Origin: Malacoraja senta
Taxonomy: Eukaryota
Assembly (NCBI GenBank): GCA_038087875.1
Contig: JAXLNO010002359.1
Coordinates: forward strand, 1 to 64,000
Reading direction: 5' to 3'
DNA: 64,000 nucleotides
In this document: one piece after another, positions 46,131 through 60,234 of the stretch
How the letters are laid out: each line of letters begins with the position of its first letter
Position numbering within the stretch: position 1 is the first letter of the stretch
Program-made: the position numbers and the translations under genes
Notes under the pieces: generated by a model
Told to the model about the DNA's origin: nothing
The model's database searches: none
The model's input: only the letters and a program-made list of their open reading frames with translations

Positions 46131-47140
46131 CACATCTCGGACCCGCAAACGCTCAGCATAGGAGCACCGCAAGGCTGCGTACTCTCTCCTCTCCACTACT
46201 CTCTCTACACCAATGACTGCACCTCCACTGACACCTCTGTCAAGCTTCTCAAGTTTGCGGACGACACAACCCTGATTGGACTGATCCAGGATGGGGAAGA
46301 ATTCTGCCTACAGACAGGAAGTGATGCAGCTGGCGTCCTGGTGCCATCGCAACAACCTGGAGCTCAATGCTCCTAAGACAGTGGAATTGATTGTAGACTT
46401 TAGGAGAGCTCCCCCTCCCCTCACCCCACTCACCATCAACAACACCACAGTCACATCTGTGGAGTCTTTTAAGTTCCTGGGAACCATCTCTCCAAGGACC
46501 TTAAGTGGGGGGCTACCATTGACTCCACAGTCAAAAAGGCACAACAGAGGATGTACTTCCTGCGGCAGCTGAGGAAGCACAATCTGCCACAGGCAATGAT
46601 GGTCCAATTTTACACGGCCATCGTAGAGTCTGTCCTCACCTTCCCCATCATGGTCTGGTTTGGCTCAGCCACCAAGCACGACACCTGGAGGCTGCAGTGA
46701 ATCGTCCGATCAACAGAGAAGGTTATTGGCTGCAACCTTCCCTCCATTGATGAACTGTACACTGCAAGGGCCAGGAAGCGAGCGGGCAAGATCATCTCTG
46801 ACCCCTCTCACCCTGGCCACAAACTCTTTGAATCACTTCCCTCTGGAAGGCGACTCCGGATTGTCAAAGCTGCCACAACCAGACATAAAAACAATTTTTA
46901 TCCACGAGTAGTTGCTCTACTCAACAGCCAAAAATCTGTAGCCTCCCTTTGATCTGGTATTTTGTTGGTTCACATGCTTGATCAATGGTGTTTTATCATT
47001 AATGTTTTATTATTAATAATGTTTAGTGTTTTCTGAGTCATCCGTAACTGTCACTGTATGTCATGTTGTTACTTGTGGGCGGAGCACCAAGGCAAATTCC
47101 TTGTATGTGAATACTTGGCCAATAAACTTACTTACTTACT
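46130..47140 (+). mobile_element. Rex1/Babar-type LINE 3' portion with (ACTT)n tail
   Basis: IGAPQGCVLSPLHYSLYTNDC...LLKFADDTTLIGLI; AATAAA followed by cttacttactt at about 47122-47140. Confidence 0.85.
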
Positions 47141-47649
47141 TATTGAAACATGGAAAAGAGGAGCAGGAATGGATTATTTGGCACATTGAGATCGTTCCGT
47201 CATTCATCACAACCTTCTCTGTCAACCCCATATTACAATTCTCTCCCTATAATCATTGATGCCATTTGTGTCAAGAAAAAACCTATCCCCTACTTAACTG
47301 GATTCATTTACTAGTCATCTACCATTTTTTCCGTTGGGTGAATTTTAAAGGCTCACTATATTCAGAATGAAGACATTTTTCCACATCTCAGCCCTTCAGG
47401 TCTTAAGTCTGTGTCCCCTTGTTCTAGATCCTCCAGTCGCCAAATAAAATCCTTTACAAATGGAGTTTGTCTCGCTCTGCCTGAATTCTGACTGATTTAG
47501 TGAGGTCCCGTTCATCTCTTCCAAACTCCAGTGACTACTGGCCCAGTGGCTCCTCCTCACCTCACACGTTAGCCCTGCTATTCAAAGAATCAGTCTGGTC
47601 AGCTTTGGCTGAATTCCTTTTGTGGCAGGAAAACCCTTTCTCGGGTATA

Positions 47650-50600
47650 TAATATAACAATTACAGCACGGAAACAGGCCATCTCGGCCCTTCTAGTCCG
47701 TGCCGAAAACTTACTCTCACCTAGTCCCATCTACCTGCACTCAGACCATAACCCTCCATTCCTTTCCCTATCCAATTTATTTTTAAATGATAAAATCGAA
47801 CTGCCTCCACCACTTCCACTGGAAGCTCAATCCGCACAGCTACCACTCTCTGAGTAAAGAAGTTCCCCCTCATGTTTCCCCTAAACTTCTGTCCCTTAAT
47901 TCTCAAGTCATGTCCTCTTGTTTGAATCTTCCCTACTCCCAATGGAAAAAGCTTATCCACGTCAACTCTGCCTATCGTTCTCATCATTTTAAAGACCTCT
48001 ATCAAGTCCCCCCTTAACCTTCTGCGCTCCAAAGAATAAAGACCTATCTTGTTCAACCTTGCTCTGTAACTTAGGTGCTGAAACCCAGGCAACATTCTAG
48101 TAAACCTCCTCTGTACTCTCTATTTTGTTGACATATTTCCTATAATTTGGCGACCAAAATTGTACACCATACTCCAGAATTGGCCTCACCAATGCCTTGT
48201 ACAATTTTAACATTACATCCCAACTTCTATACTCAATGCTCTGATTTATAAAGGCCAGCACACCAAAAGCTTTCTTTACCACCGTATCTACATGAGATTC
48301 CAACTTCAGGGAACTATGCACAGTTATTCCTAGATCCCTCTGTTCTACTGCATTCCTCAATTCGCTGCAATTTACCATGTACGTCCTATTTTGATTTGTC
48401 CTACCAAGATGTAGCACCTCACACTTATCAGCATTAAACTCCATCTGCCATATTTCAGCCCACTCTTCCAAATGGCCTAAATCTCTCTGTAGACTTTGAA
48501 AATCTACTTCATTATCGACAACCCCACCTATCTTAGTATCATCTGCATACTTACTAATCCAATTTACTACACCATCATCCAGATCATTGATGTACATGAC
48601 AAACAACAGTGGACCCAACACAGATCCCTGAGGCACGCCTCTAGTCACTGGCCTCCAACCTGACAAACAGCCATCCACCATTACTCTCTGGTATCTCCCA
48701 TTCAGCCACTGTTGAATCCATCTTGCTACTCCACCATTAATACCCAACAATTCTGAACCAACCTTCCATGTGGAAACTTGTCAAAGGCCTTACTGAAGTC
48801 CGTATAGACAACATCCACCGCTTTACACTCAACAATTTCCCTAGTAACCTCTTCAAAAAATTCAAGAAGATTAGTCAAACATGACCTTCCAGGCACAAAT
48901 CCATGTTGGCGGTTCCTAATCAGACACTGTTTATCCAGATGCTTATATATATTATCTCTAAGTATCCTTTCTATTAAATTGCCCACCACTGGCGTCAAAC
49001 TAACAGGTCTATAATTGCTAGGTTTACTCTTAGAACCCTTCTTAAACAATGGAACAACATGCGCAGTACGCCAATCCTCCGGCACTATTCCCGTTTCTAA
49101 TGACATTTGAAATATTTCTGTCATAGCCCTTGCTATTTCTACACTAACTTCCCTCAATGTCCTAGGGAATATCCTGTCAGGACCTGGAGACTTATCCATT
49201 TTTATATTTTTCAAAAGTGTCAGTACTTCCTCTTCTTTGAATCTCACAGTTTCCATTGCTATTCTACTTGTTTCCCTTACCTCACATAATTCAATATCCT
49301 TCTCCTTGGTGAATACCGAAGAAAATAAATTGTTCAATATCTCCCCCATCTCTTTTGGCTCTGCACATAGCTGTCCACTCTGACACTAATGGACCAATTT
49401 TATCCCTCGTTATCCTTTTATATTAATATAGCTGTAGAAACCCTTTGGATTTACTTTCACCTTACTTGCCAAAGCAACCTCATATCTTCTTTCAGCTTTT
49501 CTAATTTCTCTCTTAAGATTCTTTTTACATTCTTTATACTCTTCAAGCAACTCATTTACTCCATGCTGCCTATAATTATTGTAGATCTCTCTCTTTATCT
49601 GAACCGTGTCCAATTTCCCTTGAAAACCATGGCTCTTTCCAATTATTACTCTTTCCTTTCAACCGAACCGGGACATAAAGATTCTGTACTCTTAAAATTT
49701 CACTTTAAATGTCCTCCATTTCTCTTCTACATCCTTCCCATAAAACAAAATGTCCCAATTCACTCCTTTTAAATCCTTTCGCATCTCCTCAAAGTTAGCC
49801 TTTCTCCAATCAAAAATCTCAACCCTTGGTCCAGTTCTGACCTTCTCCATAATTATATTGAAACTAATGGTATTGTGATCACTGACCCGAACTGTTCCCC
49901 AACGCATACCTCCGCCACCTGACTTGTCTCATTTCCTAACAGGAGGTCCTGCACTGCCCCTTCTCTCGTAGGTACCTCTATGTATTGCTGCAAAAAACTA
50001 TCCTGCACACATTTTACAAACTCCAAACCATCCAGCCCTTTTACAGAATGTGTTTCCCAGTCTATGTGTGGAAAATAGAAATCACCCACAATCACTACCT
50101 TGTGCGTACTACTAATATCTGCTATCTCCTTACATATTTGCTCTTCCAATTCTTGCTCCCCATTAGGCGGTCTATAATACACCCCTATAAGCGTTGCTAC
50201 ACCTTTCCCATTTCTTTGTTCCACCCAAATAGCCTCCCTAGACGAGCCCTCTAATCTATCCAGCCAAAGCACTGCTGTAATATCTTCCCTGACAAGCAAC
50301 GCAACACCTCCACCTCTTGCCCATCCAATTCTATCACACCTGAAGCAATGAAATCCTGGAATATTTAGTTTCCAATCACACCATCCTGCAACCATGTTTC
50401 GCTAATCGCCACAACATCATACTTCCAGGTGTCATTCCAGGCTTTAAGCTCATCCACCTTTCTTACAATGCTCCTAGCATTAAAATATACACATTTAAGA
50501 AACCCACCACCTCTTATTCTCTGTTTATTATCTTTTTCTTCTTTCCCCCTACATGTTGGGTCTGAGTGCTTCCCTTCTCTGCCTCCTGCCTCACACACTG

Positions 50601-51110
50601 TCTACTAGCTTTCTCTATTTGAGTCCCTCCCCCCAACCGTTCTAGTTTAAAGTCTCCCCAGTTGCCTTTGCAAATCTCCCCGCCAGGATATTGGTCCCCC
50701 TCGGGTTCAAGTGCAACCCGTTCTTTTTGTACAGGTCACACCTTTCCCAAAAGTGGTCCCAATGATCCAGAAACTTGAATCCCTGCCCTCTGCACCAGTC
50801 CCTCAGCCACAAATTTATCCTCCACCTCACTCCATTCCTACTCTCACTGTTGCGTGGCACAGGCAGTAATCCTGAGATTGTTACTTTTGCGGTCCTTCTC
50901 CTTAACTTTCTTCCTAACTCCCTAAATTCTCCTTTCAGGACCTCTTCTCTTTTTCTACCTATGTCATTGGTACCTATATGTAACACGACCTCAGGCTCCT
51001 CTCCCTCCCATTTCAGGATATCTTGGACACGTTCAGACACATCCCAGACCCTGGCACCAGGGAGGCAAACTACCATCCGGGTCTCCTGACTGCGTCCACA
51101 GAATCGCCTA
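47650..51110 (-). mobile_element. CR1 LINE covering ORF1 esterase, endonuclease, RT and 3' tail (frameshifted); same subfamily as 30416-32890
   Basis: LPGARV...HIGTND...GLHLN (50642-51118); YFNARS...ETW; GGGVALL; ISKYADDTK (48097-48750). Confidence 0.92.
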
Positions 51111-51119
51111 ATCCACATT

Positions 51120-52712
51120 AGGCAGGAAATGGTGTTGGATAGACTGATGGGACTGAAGGCTGATAAATCCCCAGGGCCTGATGGTCTGCATCCCAGGGTA
51201 CTTAAGGAAGTGGCTCTAGAAATCGTGGATGCATTGGTGGTAATTTTCCAATGTTCTATAGACTCAGGATCAGTTCCTGTGGATTGGAGGGTAGCTAATG
51301 TTATCCCACTTTATAAGAAAGGCGGGAGAGAGAATACAGGCAATTATAGACCAGTTAGCCTGACATCGGTGGTGGGGAAGATGCTGGAGTCAATTATGAA
51401 AGTTGGGTACCGCAAGGCTCGGTGCTGGGACCGCAGCTATGTACAATATACATCAATGATTTGGATGAAGGGATTCAAAGTAACATTAGGAAATGTGCAG
51501 ATGACACAAAGCTGGGTGGCAGTGTGAACTGTGAGGAGGATGCTATGAGAATGCAGGGTGACTCGGACAGGTTGGGGGGGTGGGCAGATGCATGGCAGAT
51601 GAAGTTTAATGCAGATAAATGTGAGGTTATCCACTTTGGTAGCAAAAACAGCAAGGCAGATTACTATCTAAATGGCGTCAAGTAGGGAAAAGGGGAAGTA
51701 CAACAGGATCTGGGGGGTCCTTGTTCATCAGTCTATGAAAGTAAGCATGTAGGTACAACAGGCAGTGAAGAAAGCAAATTGCATGTTGGCCTTTATAACA
51801 AGAGGAGGAATATAGGAGCAAAGAGATCCTTCTGCAGTTGTACAGAGCCCTAGTGAGACCACACCTGGAGTATTGTGTGCAGTTTTGGTCCCCTAATTTG
51901 AGGAAGGACATTCTTGCTATTGAGGGAATACAGCGTAGGTTTACAAGGTTAATTTGACGCAATTTAGATAGTAATCTGCCTTCCTGTTTTTGCTACCAAA
52001 GTGGATAACCTCACATTTATCCGCATTAAACTTCATCTGCCATGCATCTGCCCACTCCCCCAACCTGTCCAAGTCACCCTGCATTCTCATGGCATCCTCA
52101 TCACAGTTCACACTGACACCCAGCTTTGTGTCATCTGCAAATTTGCTAATGTTACTTTGAATCCCTTCATCCAAATCATTGATGTATATTGTAAATAGCT
52201 GCGGTCCCAGCACCGAGCCTTGCCGTACCCCACTACTCACTGCCTGCCATTCTGAAAGGGACCCGCTAATCCCGACTCTTTGTTTCCTGTCTGCCAACCA
52301 CTTCTCTATCCATGTCAGCACTCTACCCCCAATACCATGTGCCTTAATTTTGCCCACTAATCTCCTATGTGGGACCTTATCAAATGCTTTCTGAAAGTCC
52401 AGGTACACTACATCCACTGGCTCTCCCTTGTCCATTTTCCTAGTTACATCCTCAAAAAATTCCAGAAGATTTAGTCAAGCATGATTTCCCCTTCGTAAAT
52501 CCATGCTGACTTGGACCGATCCTGTTACTGCTATCCAAATGTGCGGCTATCTCATCTTTTATAATTGACTCCAGCATCTACCCCACCACCGATGTCATGC
52601 TAACTGGTCTATAATTCCCTGTTTTCTCTCTCCCGCTTTTCTTAAAAAGTGGGATAACATTAGCTACCCTCCAATCCACAGGAACTGATCCTGAATCTAT
52701 TGAACATTGGAA
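51120..52712. mobile_element. Two CR1 RT fragments in opposite orientation (plus about 51120-51954, minus about 51955-52712)
   Basis: ORFs 51129-51527 and 51422-51685 (+), and 51941-52435 (-) with ISKFADDTK; overlapping element coordinates. Confidence 0.8.
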
Positions 52713-53005
52713 AAAATAGAATCATTTGAAAGAATAATAACCTTAGCTTTATTCATTGGAAAGAATAAAATGAATTTGAATAGTCAAGAGAAACACCGCT
52801 ATTTTAGATTTTAATCAGTCGGATGTAGCAAAAACAATGACATTTGTTCCCTTTTTAGTGAAGACACCATCATTGTAATAGGAGAACACATTTCACAATA
52901 ACATTTGAAGAAGTACATCAGTTTTGCAAACTACATTTCAATCATTTAATCCCGTTCATTTAATCCACTATTACCAATGAAGAATAATGTCTGAAGTTTA
53001 CTGAC

Positions 53006-53130
53006 CTTCTGCAGAGGAACTTGTGTGGAATTCTGGAGAAGCAGCAACGTGGCTTTGAGCCCAGCACAGGACAAGCTGAGGTTCCCTCACACTGCACAGT
53101 AACTGACACTGCCTCTTGTCAAACTAAATG
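53006..53130 (-). other. Candidate non-coding first exon of the Ig receptor
   Basis: Unique (non-repeat-like) sequence ending in AAG|gtcagt at 53006/53005. The leader exon has an acceptor, so an upstream exon is required. The 5' boundary is a guess. Confidence 0.35.
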
Positions 53131-54289
53131 ACACTCCCTCTCCAGCTCAGGTTTCCGGCACCACTGGTGTTGATACAAATGGGTTCAGATGTAGAATTAT
53201 ACCACAAATAAAGATTCCATCTGGAATCGAACTTGCACCTTTGCGATTTTGAACATTTCGAATGGATCTCAAATGGGAGAGCTCCAGGTGCTTTTCTGCA
53301 TCCTGCTGGGCCTGATGTTCCACGTGAGAGTACATGCAATCCAGGGAGGTCCTGCCATTTCATGATGAAAAAACCTCCATAGAGGGTTGTGTTCATTAAA
53401 CATGCTGGCAATTCCATTGCACCCATTAGGATAAACTGAACCATTCCCGGAGAGAGGATTGGCCCTGGTGAAAGGAGAAAGAGCATACTGTTTCCTCACT
53501 TGCCTCTTCATGGGCAGGAGCCCACAGATTTCACCATGGGAAGCTTTCACTGTCCTAATGAATGCCCACCATTATTGGTCAGCTGAACAAAATCTCAAAT
53601 GACATTAAAAGAAGCAAGAGTACAGAGTGTACACTGGATGTGGACCTCAGCATCCATCATTGGGAGTGGCTTGGTCACACGACCACTCACTGAGATGGCC
53701 AAACCCTGAAGGATGTTTCTGCCAGGCTCTTTCTACAGCAGGTAGAGAATTAACCAACACAAGGGATTGACCTACTTGACCTCCTCCTCTCCTGTCCACC
53801 TGCAACAGGTGAATCTGTTGACCATGGCTTTGGCAGAAATCAGAAGACCATTGCACAGTTCTCATTGAGGACAATGTTTTGTCATTACACCAAAGTCATC
53901 CCATATTGCTCTGACTGGCACAACAATTTTTGATGTCATCTTCCCAAAGGAACTGCAGAGGCTGAGACATTGACTATGTTCAAGGTAGAGGATGATTGAC
54001 TATAAACTCAACAGAAGTCAGGAGACGTGGGGAAAGTGGGAAGGTGGTGTTGAGACCAATATTGGATCAGCTGTATGGGCCTGAAAAATTGTGCTCCCTC
54101 AGACTTTATTCCTTGGAGTGCAGGAGGCTGTGATAGTTGAATTATTGAGGGGAATAGATAGGCTGAATGAACAGAGCCTTTTACCCAGTGTGGGGGTATC
54201 AAGAACCAGAGGACACGGGTTTGAGGTGAGATGATAAGGTTTAATATGAACACGAAGGGCATCCTTTACATTCAAAGGATAAAGGATTC

Positions 54290-54895
54290 AAACAAGAGGA
54301 GTTGAGTATAGAAGCAAAGAGGTCCTTCTGCAGTTGTACAGGGCCCTAGTGAGACCACACCTGGAGTATTGTGTGCAGTTTTAGTGCCCTAATTTGAGGA
54401 AGGACATTCTTGCTATTGAGGGAGTGCAGCGTAGGTTTACAAGGTTAATTCCCGGGATGACGGGACTGTCATATGCTGAGAGAATGGAGCGGCTGGGCTT
54501 GTATACTCTGGAATTTAGAAGGATGAGAGGTTATCTTATTGAAACCTATAAGATTATTAAGGGTTTAGACACGCTAGAGGCAGGAAACATGTTTCTGATG
54601 TTGGAAGAGTCCAGAACCTGGGACCACAGTTTAAGAATAAGGGGCAAGACATTTAGAACGGAGATGAGGAAAAACGTTTTCACACAGAGGGTTGTGAATA
54701 TGTGGAATTCTCTGCCTCAGAGGGTTGTGGAGGCCGGTTTGCTGGATGCTTTCAAGAGAGAGCTAGATAGGGCTCTTGAAGATAGTAGAGTCAGGGGATA
54801 TGGAGAGAAGGCAGGAACAGGGTACTGATTGGGGATGATCAGCCATGATCACATTGAAGGGCCAAATGGCCTACTCCTGCACCTATTGTCTATAA
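54290..54895 (+). mobile_element. CR1 3' fragment, duplicated as its mirror copy at about 59335-59940 (-)
   Basis: [20 protein letters not shown]... ORF 54394-54828 and CR1 3'UTR. Confidence 0.88.
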
Positions 54896-56196
54896 AGGGT
54901 AGTAGGTATATGTGATGAGCTGCCAGAGGAGGTAGTTGAAGCAAGTACTAACATTTCAATTAAAAGACACTTGAACAGGTTCATGGAAAGGAAAGGTTTA
55001 GAGGGATATGGGGCAAATGGAACTAAGTTTGATGAGGAAACTAGGTCAGCATGGACGTGTTGCAGCTGTTTCTGTGCTGTACGACTCTGTGGGTCCATGA
55101 CTCTGACTAAGTCCTGATAGCTGTGTGAGAGCATCTTCACCAAATGTATTGCAGAACTTCAAGAAGGCAGCTCTCTCCAAGGTAGTTAGGGATGGATAAT
55201 AAATATTGACTTTGATGCTGATATTAGTAAAAACTAATTGGAATAAATCTTCTCCTTTGCACCATACTGTAGATTATCTGCCACAATTTATCCCAATCAC
55301 TGACAAACACAGATACTTGAGCTTCTCTGTCTTTTAGTTACTATCCTTATAATAAATGCATCCTCAGCACACACAGAGATATGTTCTGTTCTCACGTATT
55401 TAAAACAAATTACGCAACTAGAATTACAAGGAATTACTTTTAAATGTAAAGGGTAAATAGAGAAGTTGTTTCTGAAGATAACATCAGCGTAAAATAGGAA
55501 GGATCTGTGTTAGGCCATGTTTACACTTGTTTAGGATGTGGGCCTCACTGCTCAAGCTTCCATTTTTAGCCCATGAGGATGTGAACATCCTTACGTAGCC
55601 AGTGAATGATGCTCCCACTGTGCTCTTGATAGGAATGAAGGAACAGCAATGGATTTCCAAGTCATGACTGGAGAGGCACCCACAGCATGTGGTGATCCCA
55701 TGGGCTTATTGCCATTGTCTTTCTTGGTTGATGGGATCACTGATATGAGAGGTGTTATTGAAGTAGCCTTGGCAATGAACATTGAGAAACCTTGCGGTGT
55801 TTGATTGAGACCGAGATCATTGTACACAAGTGGCGGAAACAAAGAAGATTACAGTAGTAGATGGGGACATGCTATGTCCTGGATGATGTTGTGCTTCTTC
55901 AGTATCACTGGAGTAACATTCATCAAGGCATTGCACCCTCCTGAATTGGGCCTTGCCGCTGATGGAGAGGTTTTTGTGGTGTCAGGAATTGCTTGCCCCA
56001 TGATAACAAGAAATGAATCTAGTATAACTGTGGGAGTACTTTCACCGGAAGGAATGGAAAGGTTTAGGAAAGCAATCTACCACTGTCTTGAGTACAATTA
56101 ACAATGGGGGGAAACCACTAACCTTGACAGTGATGCTCAAATTGTCGAGAATAACTGTCTTCTGTGACTGAAATCCTAACGGAAATCCCAAAATTC

Positions 56197-56369
56197 AAGA
56201 GAGAGTTAGATTTAGCTCTTAGGGCTAACGGAATCAAGGGTATGGGGAGAAAGCAGGAACGGGGTACTGATTCTGGATGACCAGCCATGATCATATTGAA
56301 TGGCAGTGCTGGCTCGAAGGGCCGAAGGGCCGAATGGCCTAGTCCTGCACCTATGTTCTATGTTTCTAT
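56197..56369 (+). mobile_element. Short CR1 3' tail at the centre of the inverted duplication (a second tail at about 56480-56660)
   Basis: aagagagagttagatttagctc...cctgcacctatgttctatgtttctat. Confidence 0.8.
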
Positions 56370-57940
56370 GAATTTGGGATTCAGGCAACGGAGACAGCTG
56401 CAGTGTGGAGCGGCCGGGAATTTTGTGATTCCCGTTAGGATTTCAGTCACAGAAGACAGTAGATGCCATTTTACTGGATGAATTTCAAAGAGAGTTAGAT
56501 AGAGCTCTAGGGGCTAGCGGAATCAAGGGATATGGGGAGAAGGCAGGAACAGGCTACTGATTGTGGATGATCAGCCATGATCACAATGAATGGCGGTGCT
56601 GGCTCGAAGGGCCAAATGGCCGACTCCTGCACCTATTGTCTATGTTTCTCTGTTTCTATGTCAGGTGAGATATGGGAACATGAGGTTAATCACTAGAGGG
56701 AGAGGAGAAACTTGGATAATTTTAAACTGAACAATTTCACTCTGTGGATTTTGACAAAAGTAAAGAAAAGGTTGAGATTGTTAGGAAGCTGGGTAGTGGG
56801 GATTTAAGAGAGATTGAGAAGAGGTTATATTGACACTGCTCCCTTTACAAGTGTTGTGGGACCTCCAAAATTATAAAGTATTTGTAAGTATTTGAATATC
56901 ATTAATCCAGGTGTACTTGATTTTACTTGTGAAGCATTTCTTTATCATTCAGTTATTCTCGACAATTTGAGCATCACTGTCAAGGTTAGTGGTTTCCCCA
57001 CATTGTTAATTGTACTCAAGACAGTGGTAGATTGCTTTCCTCAACCTTTCCATTCCTTCCAGTGAAAGTACTCCCACAGTTATACTAGGTAGGGAGTTGC
57101 AGCATTAAGAAGCAGTATCGATAAAGGAAAGGTGATTCATTTCTTGTTATCATGGGGCAAGCAATTCCTGACACCACAAAACCTCTCCATCAGCGGCAAG
57201 GCCCAATTCAGGAGGGTGCAATGCCTTGATGAATGTTACTCCAGTGATACTGAAGAAGCACAACATCATCCAGGACATAGCATGCCCCCATCTACGACTG
57301 TAATCTTCTTTGTTTCCACCACTTGTGTACAGTGATCTCGGTCTCAATCAACCACCGCAAGGTGTCTCAATGTTCATTGCTAAGGCTACTTCAATAACAC
57401 CTCTCATATCAGTGACCCCATCAACCAAGAAAGACAATGGCAACAGGCCCATGCGATCACCACATGCTGTGGGTGCCTCTCCAGTCATGACTTGGAAATC
57501 CATTGCTGTTCCTTCATTCCTATCAAGAGCACAGTGGGAGCATCATTCACTGGCTACGTAAGGATGTTCACATCCTCATGGACTAAAAATGGAAGCCTGA
57601 GCAGTGAGGCCCACATCCTAAACAATTGATTTCTAAGCAAACAATCTGAATGGAATCAGAAAGAGCACCTCATCATCAGCTCAGCAGTTAGTCTTGTCCG
57701 CATCGTGAGAAGAAATCTAATCAAGCTCCTTCCTTACTCCGGGTTAACAAATCATTTCCCCCCATATTGTGTGAATTCTGCAGAGAAATACAATTCACTT
57801 TTATTGCTGCTTCACCCTTTGTTTTGATATTTTTCCCCAGCTCCTGAATATTTCTCTTCTTAATTCATCTCCCCCTCCAACCCACACTGTCTGTCACTCT
57901 CACATTCTAAACACTGGGATCACCAATGATCTCAACACTG

Positions 57941-58652
57941 GTGGGTGGGCGACGCGACTCACGTCGCAGCGGCCTCTGCAGTCCGTCCGTCTTTTCTTGT
58001 TTTTCTTCTTGTTTCGTTTGAGTTTGTTTATAGTGTTTTTTTAACTGGGTATGTGTGGGGGGCGGGGGGCGGGGGGTGGGGGAAACTTTTAAAATCTTTT
58101 CCCTGCACGGGAGACCAGACCTTTCTCAGTCGGGTCTCCGTTGTCGTTGGGGCCTAGCACCGTAGAGCGGCCTCCAACCGGAACGACCTGGGGCTCCAGT
58201 CGCGGAGCCGGCGGACTTACTCACCATCGCGGAGCTGGCCGAGTTCTCCCACCCGAGTTGCGGGGTTGAAGATGACCTGGAGCGGGGTCTTACATCGCCC
58301 GGCGCGGCTTCAAATGGCTGCTGGACTTGCTAGCGCCCGCCGGGGGCTCCAACATCAAGACCTAGAGCGTGGCCTGGAATCGCCCGGTGCGACTTTAATG
58401 GCCGCGGGACTTATTTACCATCGCCCGCCGGTGGCTTTGACTTTGACATCGGGAGGAGAATGGGGAGTGCAGGGGAGAGATAAGACTTTGCCTTCCATCA
58501 CAGTGAGGAGGAGATTCACTGTGATGGATGTTTGTGTAAATTGTGTTGTGTCTTGGTTCTTTTTACTTGTTTGTATGACTGCAGAAACCAAATTTCGTTT
58601 GAACTTCATTTGAGGTTCAAATGACAATAAACGGTATTGTATTGTATTGTAT
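57941..58652 (+). mobile_element. Non-coding GC-rich interspersed element with (ATTGT)n tail; 3' part shared with about 22700-22915 and 26340-26590
   Basis: Common gacttgccttccatcacagtgagg...ttcactgtgatggatgtt...atgactg...aaatttcgt 3' block; possible ACACTG duplication at the flanks. Confidence 0.55.
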
Positions 58653-60234
58653 CACACACTGTCTTATCTGGTGCAAGCAGAAGTGTAAACAGGGCCTAAC
58701 ACAGATCCTTCCTCTTTTACGCTGATGTTATCTTCAGATACAACTTCTCTATTTACCCTTTACATTTAAAAGTAATTCCATATAATTCTATTGTGTAATT
58801 TGTTTTAAATACGTGAGAACAGAACTTATCTGTGTGTGCTGAGGATGCATTTATTATAAGGATAGTAACTAAAAGACAGAGAAGCTCAAGTATCTGTGTT
58901 TGTCAGTGATTGGGATAAATTGTGGCAGATAATCTACAGTATAGTGCAAAGGAGAAGATTTATTCCAATTAGTTTTTACTAATATCAGCATCAAAGTCAA
59001 TATTTATTATCCATCCCTAACTACCTTGGAGAAGATGGTGGTGAGCTGCCTTCTTGAAGTTCTGCAATACTTTTGGTGAAGATGCTCTCATACAGCTATC
59101 AGGACTTAGTCAGAGTCATGGAACCACAGAGTCGTGCAGCACAGAAACAGCTGCAACACGTCCATGCTGACCTAGTTTCCTCATCAAACTTAGTTCCATT
59201 TGCCCCATATCCCTCTAAACCTTTCCTTTCCATGAACCTGTTCAAGTGTCTTTTAATTGAAATGTTAGTACTTGCTTCAACTACCTCCTCTGGCAGCTCA
59301 TCACATATACCTACTACCCTTTATAGACAATAGGAGCAGGAGTAGGCCATACGGCCCTTCAAGCCAGCACCGCCATTCAATGTGATCATGGCTGATCATC
59401 CACAATCAGTACCCTGTTCCTGCCTTCTCCCCATATCCCCTGACTCTACTATCTTCAGGAGCCCTATCTAGCTCTGTCTTGAAAGCATCCAGTGAACCGG
59501 ACTCCACCGCCCTCTGAGGCAGAGAATTCTACATATTCACAACCCTCTGTGTGAAAACGTTTTTCCTCATCTCCGTTCTAAATGGCTTGCCCCTTATTCT
59601 TAAACTGTGGTCCCTGGTTCTGGATTCTCCCAACATCAGGAACATGTTTCCTGCCTCTAGCGTGTCCAAACCCTTAATAGTATTATATGTTTCAATAAAA
59701 TTCCCTCTCATCCTTCTAAACTCCAGAGTATACAAGCCCAGCCGCTCCATTCTCTCAGCATATGACAGTCACGTCATCCTGGGAATTAACCTTGTAAACC
59801 TACGCTGCACTCCCTCAATAGCAAGAATGTCCTTCCTCAAATTAGGAGACCAAAACTGCACACAATACTCCACGTGTGGTCTCACTAGGGCCCTGTACAA
59901 CTGCAGAAGGACCTCTTTGCTTCTATACTCAACTCCTCTTGTTTGAATCCTTTATCCTTTGAATGTAAAGGATGCCCTTCGTGTTCATATTAAACCTTCT
60001 CATCTCACCTCAAACCTGTGTCCTCTGGTTCTTGATACCCCCACACTGGGTAAAAGGCTCTGTTCATTCAGCCTATCTATTCCCCTCAATAATTCAACTA
60101 TCTCAGCCTCCTGCACTCCAAGGAATAAAGTCTGAGGGAGCACAATTTTTCAGGCTCACACAGCTGATCCAATATTGGTCTCAACACCACCTTCCCACTT
60201 TCCCCACGTCTCCTGACTTCTGTTGAGTTTATAG

